A stretch of 64,000 nt of DNA, taken from positions 1-64,000 of the forward strand of contig JAITVV010000036.1 in NCBI GenBank assembly GCA_031285625.1, given 5' to 3'. Numbering within the stretch: the first letter of the stretch is position 1; every line of letters begins with the position of its first letter. Made by a program: the position numbers and the translations under genes. Below the pieces are notes generated by a model. It ran no database searches and was not told where the DNA came from. It worked only from the letters and a program-made list of their open reading frames with translations. Shown piece after piece: positions 8,495 through 18,315 of this stretch. Origin of the DNA: Prevotella sp. GTDB lineage: Bacteria > Bacteroidota > Bacteroidia > Bacteroidales > Dysgonomonadaceae.

Positions 8495-8848
8495 TTATTC
8501 AGTCGGTGGCGTTGTCGGTTGTGCTGGTGTTGTTGATGCCGGTGCCGGAAGTGTTGTAGACATATCAGGTGCGCCTGCAGGAATTGTTTGAGTGCCTATT
8601 TCAGGTTTAGGTAAGCCTGTACCTGCTTTTGGTCTGATCATAACGCAAACAATACTCATAACCATTATAAAACCAGCTAGCCCCCATGTTGCTTTTTCTA
8701 GAAAATCGGTAGTTTTGCGAACTCCCATAATTGCATTTGATGATGAAAAACCAGATGAAAGTCCACCACCTTTTGAATTTTGAACAAGAACTATCAGTAC
8801 TAAGGCTATAGCTGCAATTACAATTAATATAGTAATAAGTGCAATCAT
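8495..8848 (-). CDS. secG: Preprotein translocase subunit SecG
   Basis: Two TM helices, VLVQNSKGGGLSSGF and FLEKATW motifs; Pro/Thr-rich tail. Confidence 0.95.
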   Translation of the reverse strand: MIALITILIVIAAIALVLIVLVQNSKGGGLSSGFSSSNAIMGVRKTTDFLEKATWGLAGFIMVMSIVCVMIRPKAGTGLPKPEIGTQTIPAGAPDMSTTLPAPASTTPAQPTTPPTE

Positions 8849-9618
8849 TTTTTATTTTTATATTTTGAATTTATAATCAATTTTTCGAGAAAACTCAATT
8901 GGTCTGCAAAGTAAATATTTTTTTTCGGATAATTCAAGCTTAAATGTTTAATAATTTTGTAAGCCTTTTCGTACTTCTTTTGTTTTATGTATATTTTGGC
9001 TAATGTTTCAGTGAAAAAGATATCTTCACTGAGTTCATCCTTATTCTCATTTTTTTCGTCGATCGTTACTCCTTCGTCTTTGTAAGGGTCATTGTCTTTC
9101 TCTATCTGAATATGTATATCGCCCTCTTCCGACTTGGAAATAAATGTATCGATAATGTCCTGATGTTTTAATTGTGAAGAATTGTCCGTTTTATCTAAAC
9201 TTATATCTTGTGATTGTATATATGTGATATAGTCGGTAGTGGCCAGACTGGCATGTGAGATATTATATTCCAGTTCTATATCCATATCACTTCCTCCCCT
9301 TGATTCGAAGAATGCATTGAGTAGGATATTGGTCTTGTCCTCCGGAATTTCCTTTTTACCAGTTTCTGCAAAAAAACGGTCATATTCTTCACTAAAAATA
9401 TGATAGAATAATGCACGCCTGTCTCTAATGTTTATACTTAAGCGTTCTAGCTCCGATTCATAGGTTTCAGGCAGATGGTTATATAATGCTTTCAGGTATG
9501 TGAATATTGCACCTTGAAAATAAGGGTATTTTAAGATTAAACCTTCGAGTTCTCCTATATCAGACTGGCTAGCTATATTCGTTTTATTTATTAATAAGTT
9601 GAAATTCCGGATATCCAT
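8845..9618 (-). CDS. Conserved hypothetical protein with a C-terminal TPR-like motif
   Basis: FFTETLAKIYIKQKKYEKAY..LSLNYPKK.YFADQ; usual position between lptE and secG; start moved to ATG 9618. Confidence 0.8.
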   Translation of the reverse strand: MDIRNFNLLINKTNIASQSDIGELEGLILKYPYFQGAIFTYLKALYNHLPETYESELERLSINIRDRRALFYHIFSEEYDRFFAETGKKEIPEDKTNILLNAFFESRGGSDMDIELEYNISHASLATTDYITYIQSQDISLDKTDNSSQLKHQDIIDTFISKSEEGDIHIQIEKDNDPYKDEGVTIDEKNENKDELSEDIFFTETLAKIYIKQKKYEKAYKIIKHLSLNYPKKNIYFADQLSFLEKLIINSKYKNKK

Positions 9619-9631
9619 AGATGCCTTTATT

Positions 9632-10135
9632 TTACCAGTTAGACATCGTAGCATTAAATACCTGATCTACTATCTCCTTTGTCAACTCATCAATAAGGCC
9701 ATCTTGTACATCTGTAAGCATTAAGCTACTGGAGAAATCCCTATATGCAGAGATTGTTTCCTCTTTGTCTTCTTCGGGCCTCACATTGTTCCTGAAGCGG
9801 AATTTGACAGCCATGGTCAAACGAGTCTGGGAAGCCAGGTTGTTTTCTTGTACAGCCAGAGGGGTAAGGTCGTAACGTACAATCTCTCCTTCAATTTCCA
9901 TCGAAGCGGCGATATTTGTAAGTTGCAACTTCGTTCCTCTGATAAAGACATCCTTCATCCGTTCATTAAAGACCTGTGTCAATGGTGGATATACCAATGG
10001 GGCTTGATTCTGGAAATCACGTATATCGAGTGTCGGTGTTTCTGAATAGTTAATGTTTGATCCATTGAATTTGTATGAAACCGTACAAGCTGTCATAATT
10101 ATGGATAGTAAAACGAACATGACTATTTTTTTCAT
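9632..10135 (-). CDS. lptE: LPS assembly lipoprotein LptE family
   Basis: Lipobox MTAC; FQNQA, IEGEI, RLTMAV and IVDQVFNATMSNW motifs typical of Bacteroidetes LptE. Confidence 0.85.
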   Translation of the reverse strand: MKKIVMFVLLSIIMTACTVSYKFNGSNINYSETPTLDIRDFQNQAPLVYPPLTQVFNERMKDVFIRGTKLQLTNIAASMEIEGEIVRYDLTPLAVQENNLASQTRLTMAVKFRFRNNVRPEEDKEETISAYRDFSSSLMLTDVQDGLIDELTKEIVDQVFNATMSNW

Positions 10136-11403
10136 AGATTTTCCAGATTATATTCTTTTATTTTTCTGTACAGTGTACGTTCAGATATTTTTAAATCCTG
10201 CGCAGCATTTTTCCGTTTTCCGTTATGGCGTTCCAGGGCTTTGATAATCATATCTTTTTCAACATCCTGAAGCGATAGTGTCTCTTCTTCATAATCAGGA
10301 GCATCGATGATATCAGCATCTGTAATAGGTGTTGGTATAATTGCGTGTGGTTCTTCTTTTTTTATGGGTAGAGGGGTAAGCTTTTCGCTTGTATTCACTA
10401 CCATTGGTGTAAGAGCTTTGTCACTCTTGTCTATAATCGGGGCGGTAACCACATCTGCAGCTTTGAGATTGCCTGCTACTATATCATGAACTATCTTCTT
10501 CAGTTCGTTCATGTCTTTTTTCATATCAAATAGTACCTGGTATAGGATTTCACGTTCGTTACTGAAATTCTTCTGGTCATTGTTTGCTGTTGCAACAGGT
10601 ACTAACCCAACTTCATTTGCCGGAAGGTATAGCTTTAAAATTTCGGAGGTAATTTCTCGGGTTTGCTCAATGATAGAGATTTGTTCTGTAATATTCTTTA
10701 ACTGACGAATGTTTCCCGGCCAATAATAATCTTTCAGCATTTGTCTGGCCCCATCAGTCAGGGAGATTGCAGGCATACTATATTTTTCAGCACAGTCACT
10801 TGCAAATTTTCTGAATAGTAGAGGTATATCATCTTTTCTTTCTCTCAGTGCAGGTATACGGATAGGTACTGTGTTTAACCTATAATACAAGTCTTCACGA
10901 AAGCGGCCGTTTCGGGTAGCTGTTATCATATCCAGATTAGTTGCTGCTACTACGCGAACGTCGGTTTTCTCTACTTTAGATGACCCTACCTTTATATATT
11001 CTCCTGTTTCGAGTACACGCAGTAGGCGGGCCTGGGTAGACAGGGGTAATTCGCCTACTTCATCCAGGAACAATGTTCCTCCGTTTGCATATTCAAAATA
11101 GCCTTTACGCTCACCGGTTGCTCCTGTAAAAGACCCTTTTTCGTGCCCAAACAGTTCGGAATCTATTGTGCCTTCCGGTATAGAACCGCAATTGACTGCG
11201 ATGTATGTTCCATGTTTACGGTGACTGAATTGATGTATGATTTGTGGAAAATTTTCTTTACCTACACCACTTTCACCGGTTACCAGAACGGACATATCCG
11301 TTGGAGCTACCTGTAGTGCTATATCTATAGCCCGGTTGAGATCAGGACTATTTCCTATAATACCGAAGCGTTGTTTTACCTGTTGAATATCTGGTTTTGC
11401 CAT
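10132..11403 (-). CDS. Sigma-54-interacting AAA+ regulator with Fis-type HTH and no N-terminal sensor
   Basis: GESGVGKE Walker A, SELFGHEKGSFTGA, LFLDEVGEL Walker B, WPGNIRQL, AAQDLKISERTLYRK. Confidence 0.93.
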   Translation of the reverse strand: MAKPDIQQVKQRFGIIGNSPDLNRAIDIALQVAPTDMSVLVTGESGVGKENFPQIIHQFSHRKHGTYIAVNCGSIPEGTIDSELFGHEKGSFTGATGERKGYFEYANGGTLFLDEVGELPLSTQARLLRVLETGEYIKVGSSKVEKTDVRVVAATNLDMITATRNGRFREDLYYRLNTVPIRIPALRERKDDIPLLFRKFASDCAEKYSMPAISLTDGARQMLKDYYWPGNIRQLKNITEQISIIEQTREITSEILKLYLPANEVGLVPVATANNDQKNFSNEREILYQVLFDMKKDMNELKKIVHDIVAGNLKAADVVTAPIIDKSDKALTPMVVNTSEKLTPLPIKKEEPHAIIPTPITDADIIDAPDYEEETLSLQDVEKDMIIKALERHNGKRKNAAQDLKISERTLYRKIKEYNLENL

Positions 11404-11554
11404 TTTTTAATTAAATAGTTGAGGTCTCAGACCTATTATTACCTTGGTAAGTAGAACAGCAATCAGTTGTTATGATTCAGAAAATATCATTAACACTTGC
11501 TGCCTTTACAAGTCTCGAATAAACAAATTGTTTAATCGTAAAGTTTAACGAAAC

Positions 11555-11589
11555 CTGACAAAATTACATATTTATTCCAGTTTTGTCAG
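11555..11589. promoter_or_regulatory. Inverted repeat overlapping a minus-strand -7 element (TAATTTTG, 11559-11566)
   Basis: CTGACAAAA (11555-11563) / TTTTGTCAG (11581-11589). Confidence 0.5.
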
Positions 11590-11620
11590 TTTTTTTTAGT
11601 GAAGATTTCTAAAGAAGAAA

Positions 11621-12457
11621 TTAATCTGTAGCTTTCGCTAAGGCATACGTTTTGGCCTTGAGAAACTCTCCGAATTCTTTTATATCCGAATACTGTGCAA
11701 GTTCTTCGGGAAGGAGAGGCTCACCAAAACGCAGGTGAATTGTCTTCCCTCTTTTGTTATAAACTTCATGTCCAAGTCTTAGGGAGCGAAGCCGCCAGTT
11801 CACAAGATCAAGAAAGTTAAAGAACCATGAGTTTTTTCCACTGAAGTACATGGGTATAACCGGGACTTTCGATTTCTTTATCAACTTCAAAACAGGCTCT
11901 TGCCATTCACGGTCTTCCACTTCCATTCTGAAGTTTCTTATTTTTGTTTTCGATACAGCCCCTGCGGGGAAGAAGCCCAGAGGGTGCCTATTCTTAAGGT
12001 GATCTATCGATTGTTTTATTCCCTCAAAACTTGACTTACTTGCTATCTTTCCACTTTGGAAAGGGTTAACAGCAATGAAATTCGGGGCCATGGTATCTAT
12101 CATTCCGAGAATGAAATTTACCATCATTTTGTAATCGGGCCTGACAGAACCAACTGTCGCGATTGCCGATATACCATCAATATGTCCGTATGCATGGTTG
12201 GAGACGGTAACAAATGCTTGTCCCTCATATTGTTTCAGTACTTCTATATTTTCTACTACAATGTTTACTCCTACATCTTTCAATAAGTGTTTACAAAATT
12301 CCACACCTTCATATTGTTTCGATGCATCATATATCCGGTTCACCTTATTCATTCCGGTTAACCACATTGCAAACTTTATAAGAATGTTTCCAAATGGCCC
12401 TCTCAGAACAGGGCTCATTTTGCGTATATCATCGTAACTTAATAGTTTTTCTTTCAT
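11621..12457 (-). CDS. Lysophospholipid acyltransferase (PlsC-like) family protein
   Basis: SNHAYGHID (HxxxxD), GFFPAG and PVIPMY motifs. Confidence 0.85.
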   Translation of the reverse strand: MKEKLLSYDDIRKMSPVLRGPFGNILIKFAMWLTGMNKVNRIYDASKQYEGVEFCKHLLKDVGVNIVVENIEVLKQYEGQAFVTVSNHAYGHIDGISAIATVGSVRPDYKMMVNFILGMIDTMAPNFIAVNPFQSGKIASKSSFEGIKQSIDHLKNRHPLGFFPAGAVSKTKIRNFRMEVEDREWQEPVLKLIKKSKVPVIPMYFSGKNSWFFNFLDLVNWRLRSLRLGHEVYNKRGKTIHLRFGEPLLPEELAQYSDIKEFGEFLKAKTYALAKATD

Positions 12458-12522
12458 GTTTCTGTCTTATTACGAAATGCTAATTTCGTGAAAATCGGAA
12501 TAAGTGACAAATAATTTATAAG

Positions 12523-13017
12523 TTAGTCGTTAAGCTCAATTACTTCCAGATCGGAAATATTTCCTGATTCCAAGTTGAAACGGACTAATGTTCTAACCTT
12601 ATGGAATCCGTATTTTCCTGCGGCTCCCGGATTGATAAACAAGCCATTTATTTTTTTATCAAACATTACCTTTAATATATGTGAATGTCCTGTAATAAAC
12701 AGTTTGGGCGGGTTCATTAATAAGATAGACTGTACTTTTCGCTCATATTTTCCAGGATATCCACCAATGTGGATCATGAATACATCCACCCCCTCAAGGG
12801 TAAATCGTAAAGTTTCAGGATAAGCAGCGCGTACTTTACTATCGTCTATATTTCCATACACTGCGCGAAATGGCTTTCCCAGCGCTTCAAATTTAAGAGC
12901 CAGTTCTATAGTGCCGATATCTCCGGCATGCCATATTTCGTCACAGTCGGCAAAATACTGTTGAAATTTGTCGTCCCACCAGTTGTGTGTATCTGATAAT
13001 AATCCTATTTTTTTCAT
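12523..13017 (-). CDS. YfcE family metallophosphoesterase
   Basis: SDTH, HAGD, GNID, GHSH and NPGA motifs; ATG 13017 overlaps the menA stop codon (TAATG). Confidence 0.9.
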   Translation of the reverse strand: MKKIGLLSDTHNWWDDKFQQYFADCDEIWHAGDIGTIELALKFEALGKPFRAVYGNIDDSKVRAAYPETLRFTLEGVDVFMIHIGGYPGKYERKVQSILLMNPPKLFITGHSHILKVMFDKKINGLFINPGAAGKYGFHKVRTLVRFNLESGNISDLEVIELND

Positions 13018-13922
13018 TATAAATTGATGCAGATTGAGAAACAAACAGATAAAACGAATGTTCCCATCGAAGTGTATTTTAGATACGGATCGAGAAGTCG
13101 ATTTTCTTTTATCTTAAAGATATTAATTAGTAATTTGATAAATATTATAAAACAAAGCAGGTATATATACTGATACCAATACGTGCAATATATAACTGAA
13201 TATACAATAAAACAAGCGAAGGCACCGAAAGTAAGGATGGCGTGATATATTTTAGCATTCTTTAAGCCGATCCGTACAGGAATCGTAATCTTTCCCGATT
13301 TCCGGTCGTTTTCCACATCACGCATATTATTCAGGTTGAGGACTGCTACCGTAAGTAAGCCCAAGCCTATTGCCGGTAACCATGGCATAAAGTCTACAAC
13401 ATGTGTATGCAGAAAATATGTACCAACTACCGATACAAGTCCAAAGAAAGTAAATGAAAATACATCTCCCAGTCCTTTGTATCCATATGGATTGCTTCCG
13501 GCTGTGTATTTTATCGCAGCGCCTATGCAAGCCAACCCAAGCCCTAAAAAGAGAAGGATATATTTCAATTCCATGAATTGCAGTGCAACATAGATAAGCA
13601 GCACCCCTACAATAGCAGCCATCCCTATAGCTATTATGATGGCCCTTTTCATTTGAGTGGGAGTAATGGCGCCACTTTGTACCGTACGCTGAGGCCCTAT
13701 TCTTTCACCTGTAATATCTGTTCCATGCTGATAATCTCCAAGATCATTTGCCATATTGGACAAAAGTTGAAGAATGGTTGCAATAGCTATAGTTAATATG
13801 AATACTAACAGGCTGAATTTACCTGTACTGTATGCTATACCACTTCCGCTCAGTGCTGTAGCCACAGCAAGGAAAAGGGTTCGTGGGCGTAAAGCCGATA
13901 TCCAGGATTTAAAAGATGCCAT
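13017..13922 (-). CDS. menA: 1,4-dihydroxy-2-naphthoate octaprenyltransferase
   Basis: RPRTL, NMANDLGD, YGYKGLGD and NNMRDVENDRKSGKIT motifs; start moved to ATG 13922. Confidence 0.95.
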   Translation of the reverse strand: MASFKSWISALRPRTLFLAVATALSGSGIAYSTGKFSLLVFILTIAIATILQLLSNMANDLGDYQHGTDITGERIGPQRTVQSGAITPTQMKRAIIIAIGMAAIVGVLLIYVALQFMELKYILLFLGLGLACIGAAIKYTAGSNPYGYKGLGDVFSFTFFGLVSVVGTYFLHTHVVDFMPWLPAIGLGLLTVAVLNLNNMRDVENDRKSGKITIPVRIGLKNAKIYHAILTFGAFACFIVYSVIYCTYWYQYIYLLCFIIFIKLLINIFKIKENRLLDPYLKYTSMGTFVLSVCFSICINL

Positions 13923-13935
13923 AAAAATATTTTCA

Positions 13936-13943
13936 CAAAGGTA
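13936..13943 (-). promoter_or_regulatory. -7 promoter element for menA
   Basis: TACCTTTG 14 bp upstream of ATG 13922. Confidence 0.55.
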
Positions 13944-14046
13944 GATATTTTTATGCAAACCAAATAATTTTCATTGATTAGCTGTTTTTTGTTAAAAGGT
14001 GACAAAAGTAACAGGTTTTTGCCTGTTTTTTATCTGTAACTTTTTC

Positions 14047-14174
14047 TTCTTTGTCGTCCTGAGGCACGATGGATCTCTTAGCTTTTATCCTTGACAAATG
14101 TGTCGAAATTTTTCACTCCGTTCAAAATGACAAAGAGAATTATTTATTCATAACTTCCTCCGTCAGCATGACAA
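14047..14174. repeat. Degenerate REP-like palindromic element
   Basis: CTTTGTCGTCCTGAGGCACGATGGATCTC ... TTCACTCCGTTCAAAATGACAAAG, plus a second half-unit CTTCCTCCGTCAGCATGACA; resembles the GTCATCCTGAG..GGATCT / CAGAATGAC intergenic repeat type. Confidence 0.6.
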
Positions 14175-14190
14175 GTATAATAAGATAATT

Positions 14191-16647
14191 TTATTCAATC
14201 ATCCTCTTTATATTATCCAGATCAAACAATACCCGTATTCCAAAATCCTGATATTTGGCTTTCTTAAACGATACGAATGCTCCTACATTCAATAGCTTAG
14301 TAAAGTTGAGTGAGTACCCGGCCTCGGTATATAGTTTCATGTCGGGTGTGTAGAGATTTTTTAAGTGTAGAGTTTCATTGAACATTTTACCTTGCAGGAA
14401 TGGGAGCCGTTTAAGTAAAATATACTTACTTTCATAATTGATATTTGTTCTTAGCCAGTACCTGTTTGTAGAAGCTATGTAATTATCCAGTAACATAAAA
14501 GAAGTGAAAGGTGATTTCATGTTAACTGTAACATTCGATGTGTTGAAGTGTTGATAATCGGCAAAATGTATTTTATCCCGATTGCCTATAAATTTACCTC
14601 CTTCGAATTGGTAATCCAGATTCGAAAATTCGCTCAGTTTAATATTCTGATATAGTCCTCCCCATAATTTATGATATTTGGAATTATTTGTCTGCCACGA
14701 TGAAAAACCTTGATCATACTTGATATAAAAGGTAGGGGAGGTTTGTCTTACGTATGTTTTTGCACCGTCCCTTATCATATAATATGAATAAGGCGTATAG
14801 TCCAGACCTATATGTATAGCTGTTTTGTCAAATCTCTCATCAGGGAAGATATTCGGTTTAATTTCCTTTTTCTTGCCCCATGTATAATCTGTGCTGTTTG
14901 AGAGCCCGCACCGTCTTGCTATTTCGACACCTGTGGTTAGCTTCAGTCCATTTGCCAGATCGATATGGTTAAATGCTGATATATAATCCTTCTGATAGAA
15001 GTAGTTGTAGTTCCTGCCATAGATCAGTGAACTAGAGAAGTTATTGAATCTGTGTATTCCATCAGGATTAAAATCTTCGCTTACAGATCCGGCAGATATT
15101 TTTAAGTTTCCTAATCTCAATGGTGCATATTTAAAATCAACATCTGCGCCACCCAGCAGCCGTTTTCGCGAGAGTACATAATATAAATGTGGCGAAAATA
15201 CCAGCCTGTTATGTTTCCCGATCTTATTTTCTATTTGAAATCTTTGGCCAAGCCACCAGCCATCAACAAAGTTGAATTCTTTGAGAGCTCCATTTAGTAA
15301 ACCCTCATACCTGATGATAACTTTACTTGAATCTGTACCTATTTTTCCTCCATTCAAAATACTTTCGAATGAGAATCCCAGATTATGATGCGCATTTCGT
15401 GCCGAATCCAGATGTTGCTGGATAGAATCTTTTATTATGAAAGTTCTGATTTCCCTTTCATCCAGAGGGACTACCCTTATATTTGCCCAATAGGTTGAGT
15501 CACGTTTTGTGGCCAGGCTGTCGGAGATAATAGTATAAAGTGAGTCTCTTCTTTGTATCTCAAATTCCCGCTTTTTCGTTTTTTTCTTTTCAGTTAGTTC
15601 CTGTACAATTTCATCGTTTACCTTAATGTCGGTGTATGTTAGTGATGAATAATAATTCATGGTTGCTTTTATTCCCAGAATACTGATGTCTGCCGCGATC
15701 AGGTATGTAATAGGTAAATATGTATTGGTCGCCAGTTCCTGGAATGTAACTGTGTAGGCCTGCCTTGTGCCATATGCATTCGTATTAAGTTCAGCTGAAT
15801 AGATATGCCATGTGTTGTCTGCAATGTATATATAACCCTCAAAAAGAATAGGGTCATTCATTTTCGGCTCTACTTTTATTTTATTTATAGTTATCCCATT
15901 TTCCTCAAGGAATCCTTCATAGCGGAATTTATAATACGAAAATGCTTTCGGGTTCAGAGGCGATACATACATATTTACTTTAGGCATATACAGTGATGTA
16001 CTCAGCATGCCCATAGCATCTGTTGAACTCATATTATCAGGAATGCTACTCGAAAATGCTTTTACAGTTTGCTTATACTTATCAGGTGTGGTAAATTGTA
16101 TCTCGTTAAAAGATTCTTGTGTAAAGAGGCGGTCTTTAAAATCAGAAAGTTTAACCCCTTCTTCTTTTTTTGCCATTTTATCTATCAACGAAGATACCTT
16201 GAGTAGCTCAGCATTCACCTTTATATACACATCAGCTGTATATTCCTTTGCAGCGCCTGCATATAGAGGGGCTCTTTCTATCGCTTTTCGCATAATAGGG
16301 TAGGCGGGATCTTCCTGGTTAGATACGGTAATCTCTTTAAGGGTAAAAGGATTCTCGGTAAGAGTTATATCAACGGTGGTGATTTTATTCTGCTCTATCT
16401 GTATCTTTCTTTCTTCCCCTTTAAATCCAAGACATTTGTATTCAATATTATAGTTTCCTGTGGTAAGAGTGGTCTGATAATATCCGTCTTCGTTACATAC
16501 CAGTCCTTGATTTATTTCCTTTATATATATAGTGCTTCCGTATAACGCCTCTCCGTCTTTATCTGTAATTCTTCCTTTAAAATTTTGGCCGTGACTTTGT
16601 ATTGATGTTAAGATGCAGATAATAAGAATGATAACGTGTAGCTTCAT
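14191..16647 (-). CDS. Outer-membrane protein with N-terminal carboxypeptidase-regulatory-like domain and DUF5686-type body
   Basis: Signal peptide; KGRITDKDGEAL..NEDGYY..LGFK domain; DPAYPIMRKAI, SPL...AFSYYKFRY and YTEAGYSL motifs. Confidence 0.8.
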   Translation of the reverse strand: MKLHVIILIICILTSIQSHGQNFKGRITDKDGEALYGSTIYIKEINQGLVCNEDGYYQTTLTTGNYNIEYKCLGFKGEERKIQIEQNKITTVDITLTENPFTLKEITVSNQEDPAYPIMRKAIERAPLYAGAAKEYTADVYIKVNAELLKVSSLIDKMAKKEEGVKLSDFKDRLFTQESFNEIQFTTPDKYKQTVKAFSSSIPDNMSSTDAMGMLSTSLYMPKVNMYVSPLNPKAFSYYKFRYEGFLEENGITINKIKVEPKMNDPILFEGYIYIADNTWHIYSAELNTNAYGTRQAYTVTFQELATNTYLPITYLIAADISILGIKATMNYYSSLTYTDIKVNDEIVQELTEKKKTKKREFEIQRRDSLYTIISDSLATKRDSTYWANIRVVPLDEREIRTFIIKDSIQQHLDSARNAHHNLGFSFESILNGGKIGTDSSKVIIRYEGLLNGALKEFNFVDGWWLGQRFQIENKIGKHNRLVFSPHLYYVLSRKRLLGGADVDFKYAPLRLGNLKISAGSVSEDFNPDGIHRFNNFSSSLIYGRNYNYFYQKDYISAFNHIDLANGLKLTTGVEIARRCGLSNSTDYTWGKKKEIKPNIFPDERFDKTAIHIGLDYTPYSYYMIRDGAKTYVRQTSPTFYIKYDQGFSSWQTNNSKYHKLWGGLYQNIKLSEFSNLDYQFEGGKFIGNRDKIHFADYQHFNTSNVTVNMKSPFTSFMLLDNYIASTNRYWLRTNINYESKYILLKRLPFLQGKMFNETLHLKNLYTPDMKLYTEAGYSLNFTKLLNVGAFVSFKKAKYQDFGIRVLFDLDNIKRMIE

Positions 16648-16686
16648 AATGCCTTAATTCGTTAATTAACTTTTAACTTTCGCTGG

Positions 16687-16694
16687 CAAATATA
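16687..16694 (-). promoter_or_regulatory. -7 promoter element for the DUF5686 gene
   Basis: TATATTTG on the minus strand. Confidence 0.55.
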
Positions 16695-16799
16695 TCATAA
16701 TTATTATTTCAATTCCTAAGGGAGTTTCGTTTTTTATCAAATTTTATTACTAAAAAGTTACATTATTACATATTCCCCTATAAAATGAGATTATTTTAT

Positions 16800-16807
16800 T
16801 ATTTTTG
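16800..16807 (+). promoter_or_regulatory. -7 promoter element for the aspartate kinase gene
   Basis: TATTTTTG. Confidence 0.5.
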
Positions 16808-16929
16808 CTTCGAATAAATAGAAGAAAGTATTTAATAATATATTTTAAGCTATAACAATCTTTGAATGTTATACTTATCAAATCAAAAAAAGGTCGAAGG
16901 CCTTAAATTTCAAATTATTAAAAGTCGAA

Positions 16930-18315
16930 ATGCTAACAGTAGAGAAGATTGGCGGAACATCCATGTCCCAGTTTAAAGAAGTGCTGGAAAATGTAATAAT
17001 AGGACATCGTACTCCTGATGAAATGTATAACCGGGTATTTGTGGTATCTGCTTATAACAATGTGACCAACTGGCTGTTGGAGCATAAGAAAACAGGAGAG
17101 CCGGGTGTTTATGTCCAATTTCTGGAAAATGAAGATTATAGCATAGGTCTCGATAGCTTATGTCAGCGGCTTTTACTGATTAATAAGGGTTTTGAGGAAA
17201 TTGGTCTCAACCTGTTGGAAGCCCGGGAATTTATAACTTTCCGTATCAAGCAGGCAAAAACAATGCTTCATAGTCTGAGTAAGGTATTAGCATCAGGATA
17301 TGTAAATGCAGAAGATATTTGTCTGGCTGCCCGTGAAATATTAGCTTCGATAGGAGAGGCTCACTCTGCCTGGAATACAGTAAATATTCTTAACAATAAC
17401 GGCCTGTCTGCCAGATTTATCGATCTCTGCGGTTTCAACGATTCATTACCTCTGACAATAGACGAACGTATTCACAGAGCATTCAAAGGGATAGACTTTA
17501 GCAAAGATATGTGTATCGCTACAGGATATACAAAAGGAACAGAAGGGATTATGCGGGCATTCGACCGTGGATATACAGAAGTAACCTTTAGCAAGATAGC
17601 TGTAGAAATAAAAGCCAATGAAGCGATCATACATAAGGAATATCATTTGTCCAGTGCCGATCCGAATATAGTAGGGGTAGATAAAGTAGTACCGGTAGGG
17701 CGTACCAATTTTATTGTTGCCGACCAGTTAGCTGATATAGGAATGGAAGCTATTCACCCTAAGGCATCTAAGCCACTGGAGTTGGCAGATATTAATATCC
17801 GAATAAAAAATACATTCGAGCCCGATCATCCGGGTACTCTGATTACAAAAAAATATGTGTCTGAAACTCCTAAAATAGAGATAGTTTCGGGTACTGACAA
17901 AGTATTAGCTGTAGAAATTCATGATCCCATGATGGTGGGCGAGGTTGGTTTTGACCTCCGGATAATGCAGATTTTTGCTAAATTTAATGTCAGTTATATA
18001 CTTAAGTCAACTAATGCAAACTCAATCACAATGGTGGTGTGGGATAATTATAAGTCTCGTGAACTGATTTCAGATCTGGAAAATGCATTTTATCAGGTAA
18101 TTGTAGAACGTGTGGCTCTTGTCTGCGTAATGGGTACCAATATTGCACTTCCGGGTTTCTTGTTCCGTGCCTCTAAAGCTTTGTTTAATAAAGATATAAA
18201 TGTAGAAAGTTTTGCACAATCGCTTCGTCAGGTTAATATGCAATTTGTGATTAAAAGAGAGTCATATAAAGATGCTGTTATTGCCCTGAATGATGAATTA
18301 TGTGTAGAGAAATAG
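16930..18315 (+). CDS. ask: Aspartate kinase, Ask_Ect-like subfamily
   Basis: TVEKIGGTSMS, VVSAY, LLEHKKTGEPGVY, FDRGYTE, HLSSADP and MEAIHP motifs; two C-terminal ACT-like domains. Confidence 0.92.
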   Translation: MLTVEKIGGTSMSQFKEVLENVIIGHRTPDEMYNRVFVVSAYNNVTNWLLEHKKTGEPGVYVQFLENEDYSIGLDSLCQRLLLINKGFEEIGLNLLEAREFITFRIKQAKTMLHSLSKVLASGYVNAEDICLAAREILASIGEAHSAWNTVNILNNNGLSARFIDLCGFNDSLPLTIDERIHRAFKGIDFSKDMCIATGYTKGTEGIMRAFDRGYTEVTFSKIAVEIKANEAIIHKEYHLSSADPNIVGVDKVVPVGRTNFIVADQLADIGMEAIHPKASKPLELADINIRIKNTFEPDHPGTLITKKYVSETPKIEIVSGTDKVLAVEIHDPMMVGEVGFDLRIMQIFAKFNVSYILKSTNANSITMVVWDNYKSRELISDLENAFYQVIVERVALVCVMGTNIALPGFLFRASKALFNKDINVESFAQSLRQVNMQFVIKRESYKDAVIALNDELCVEK

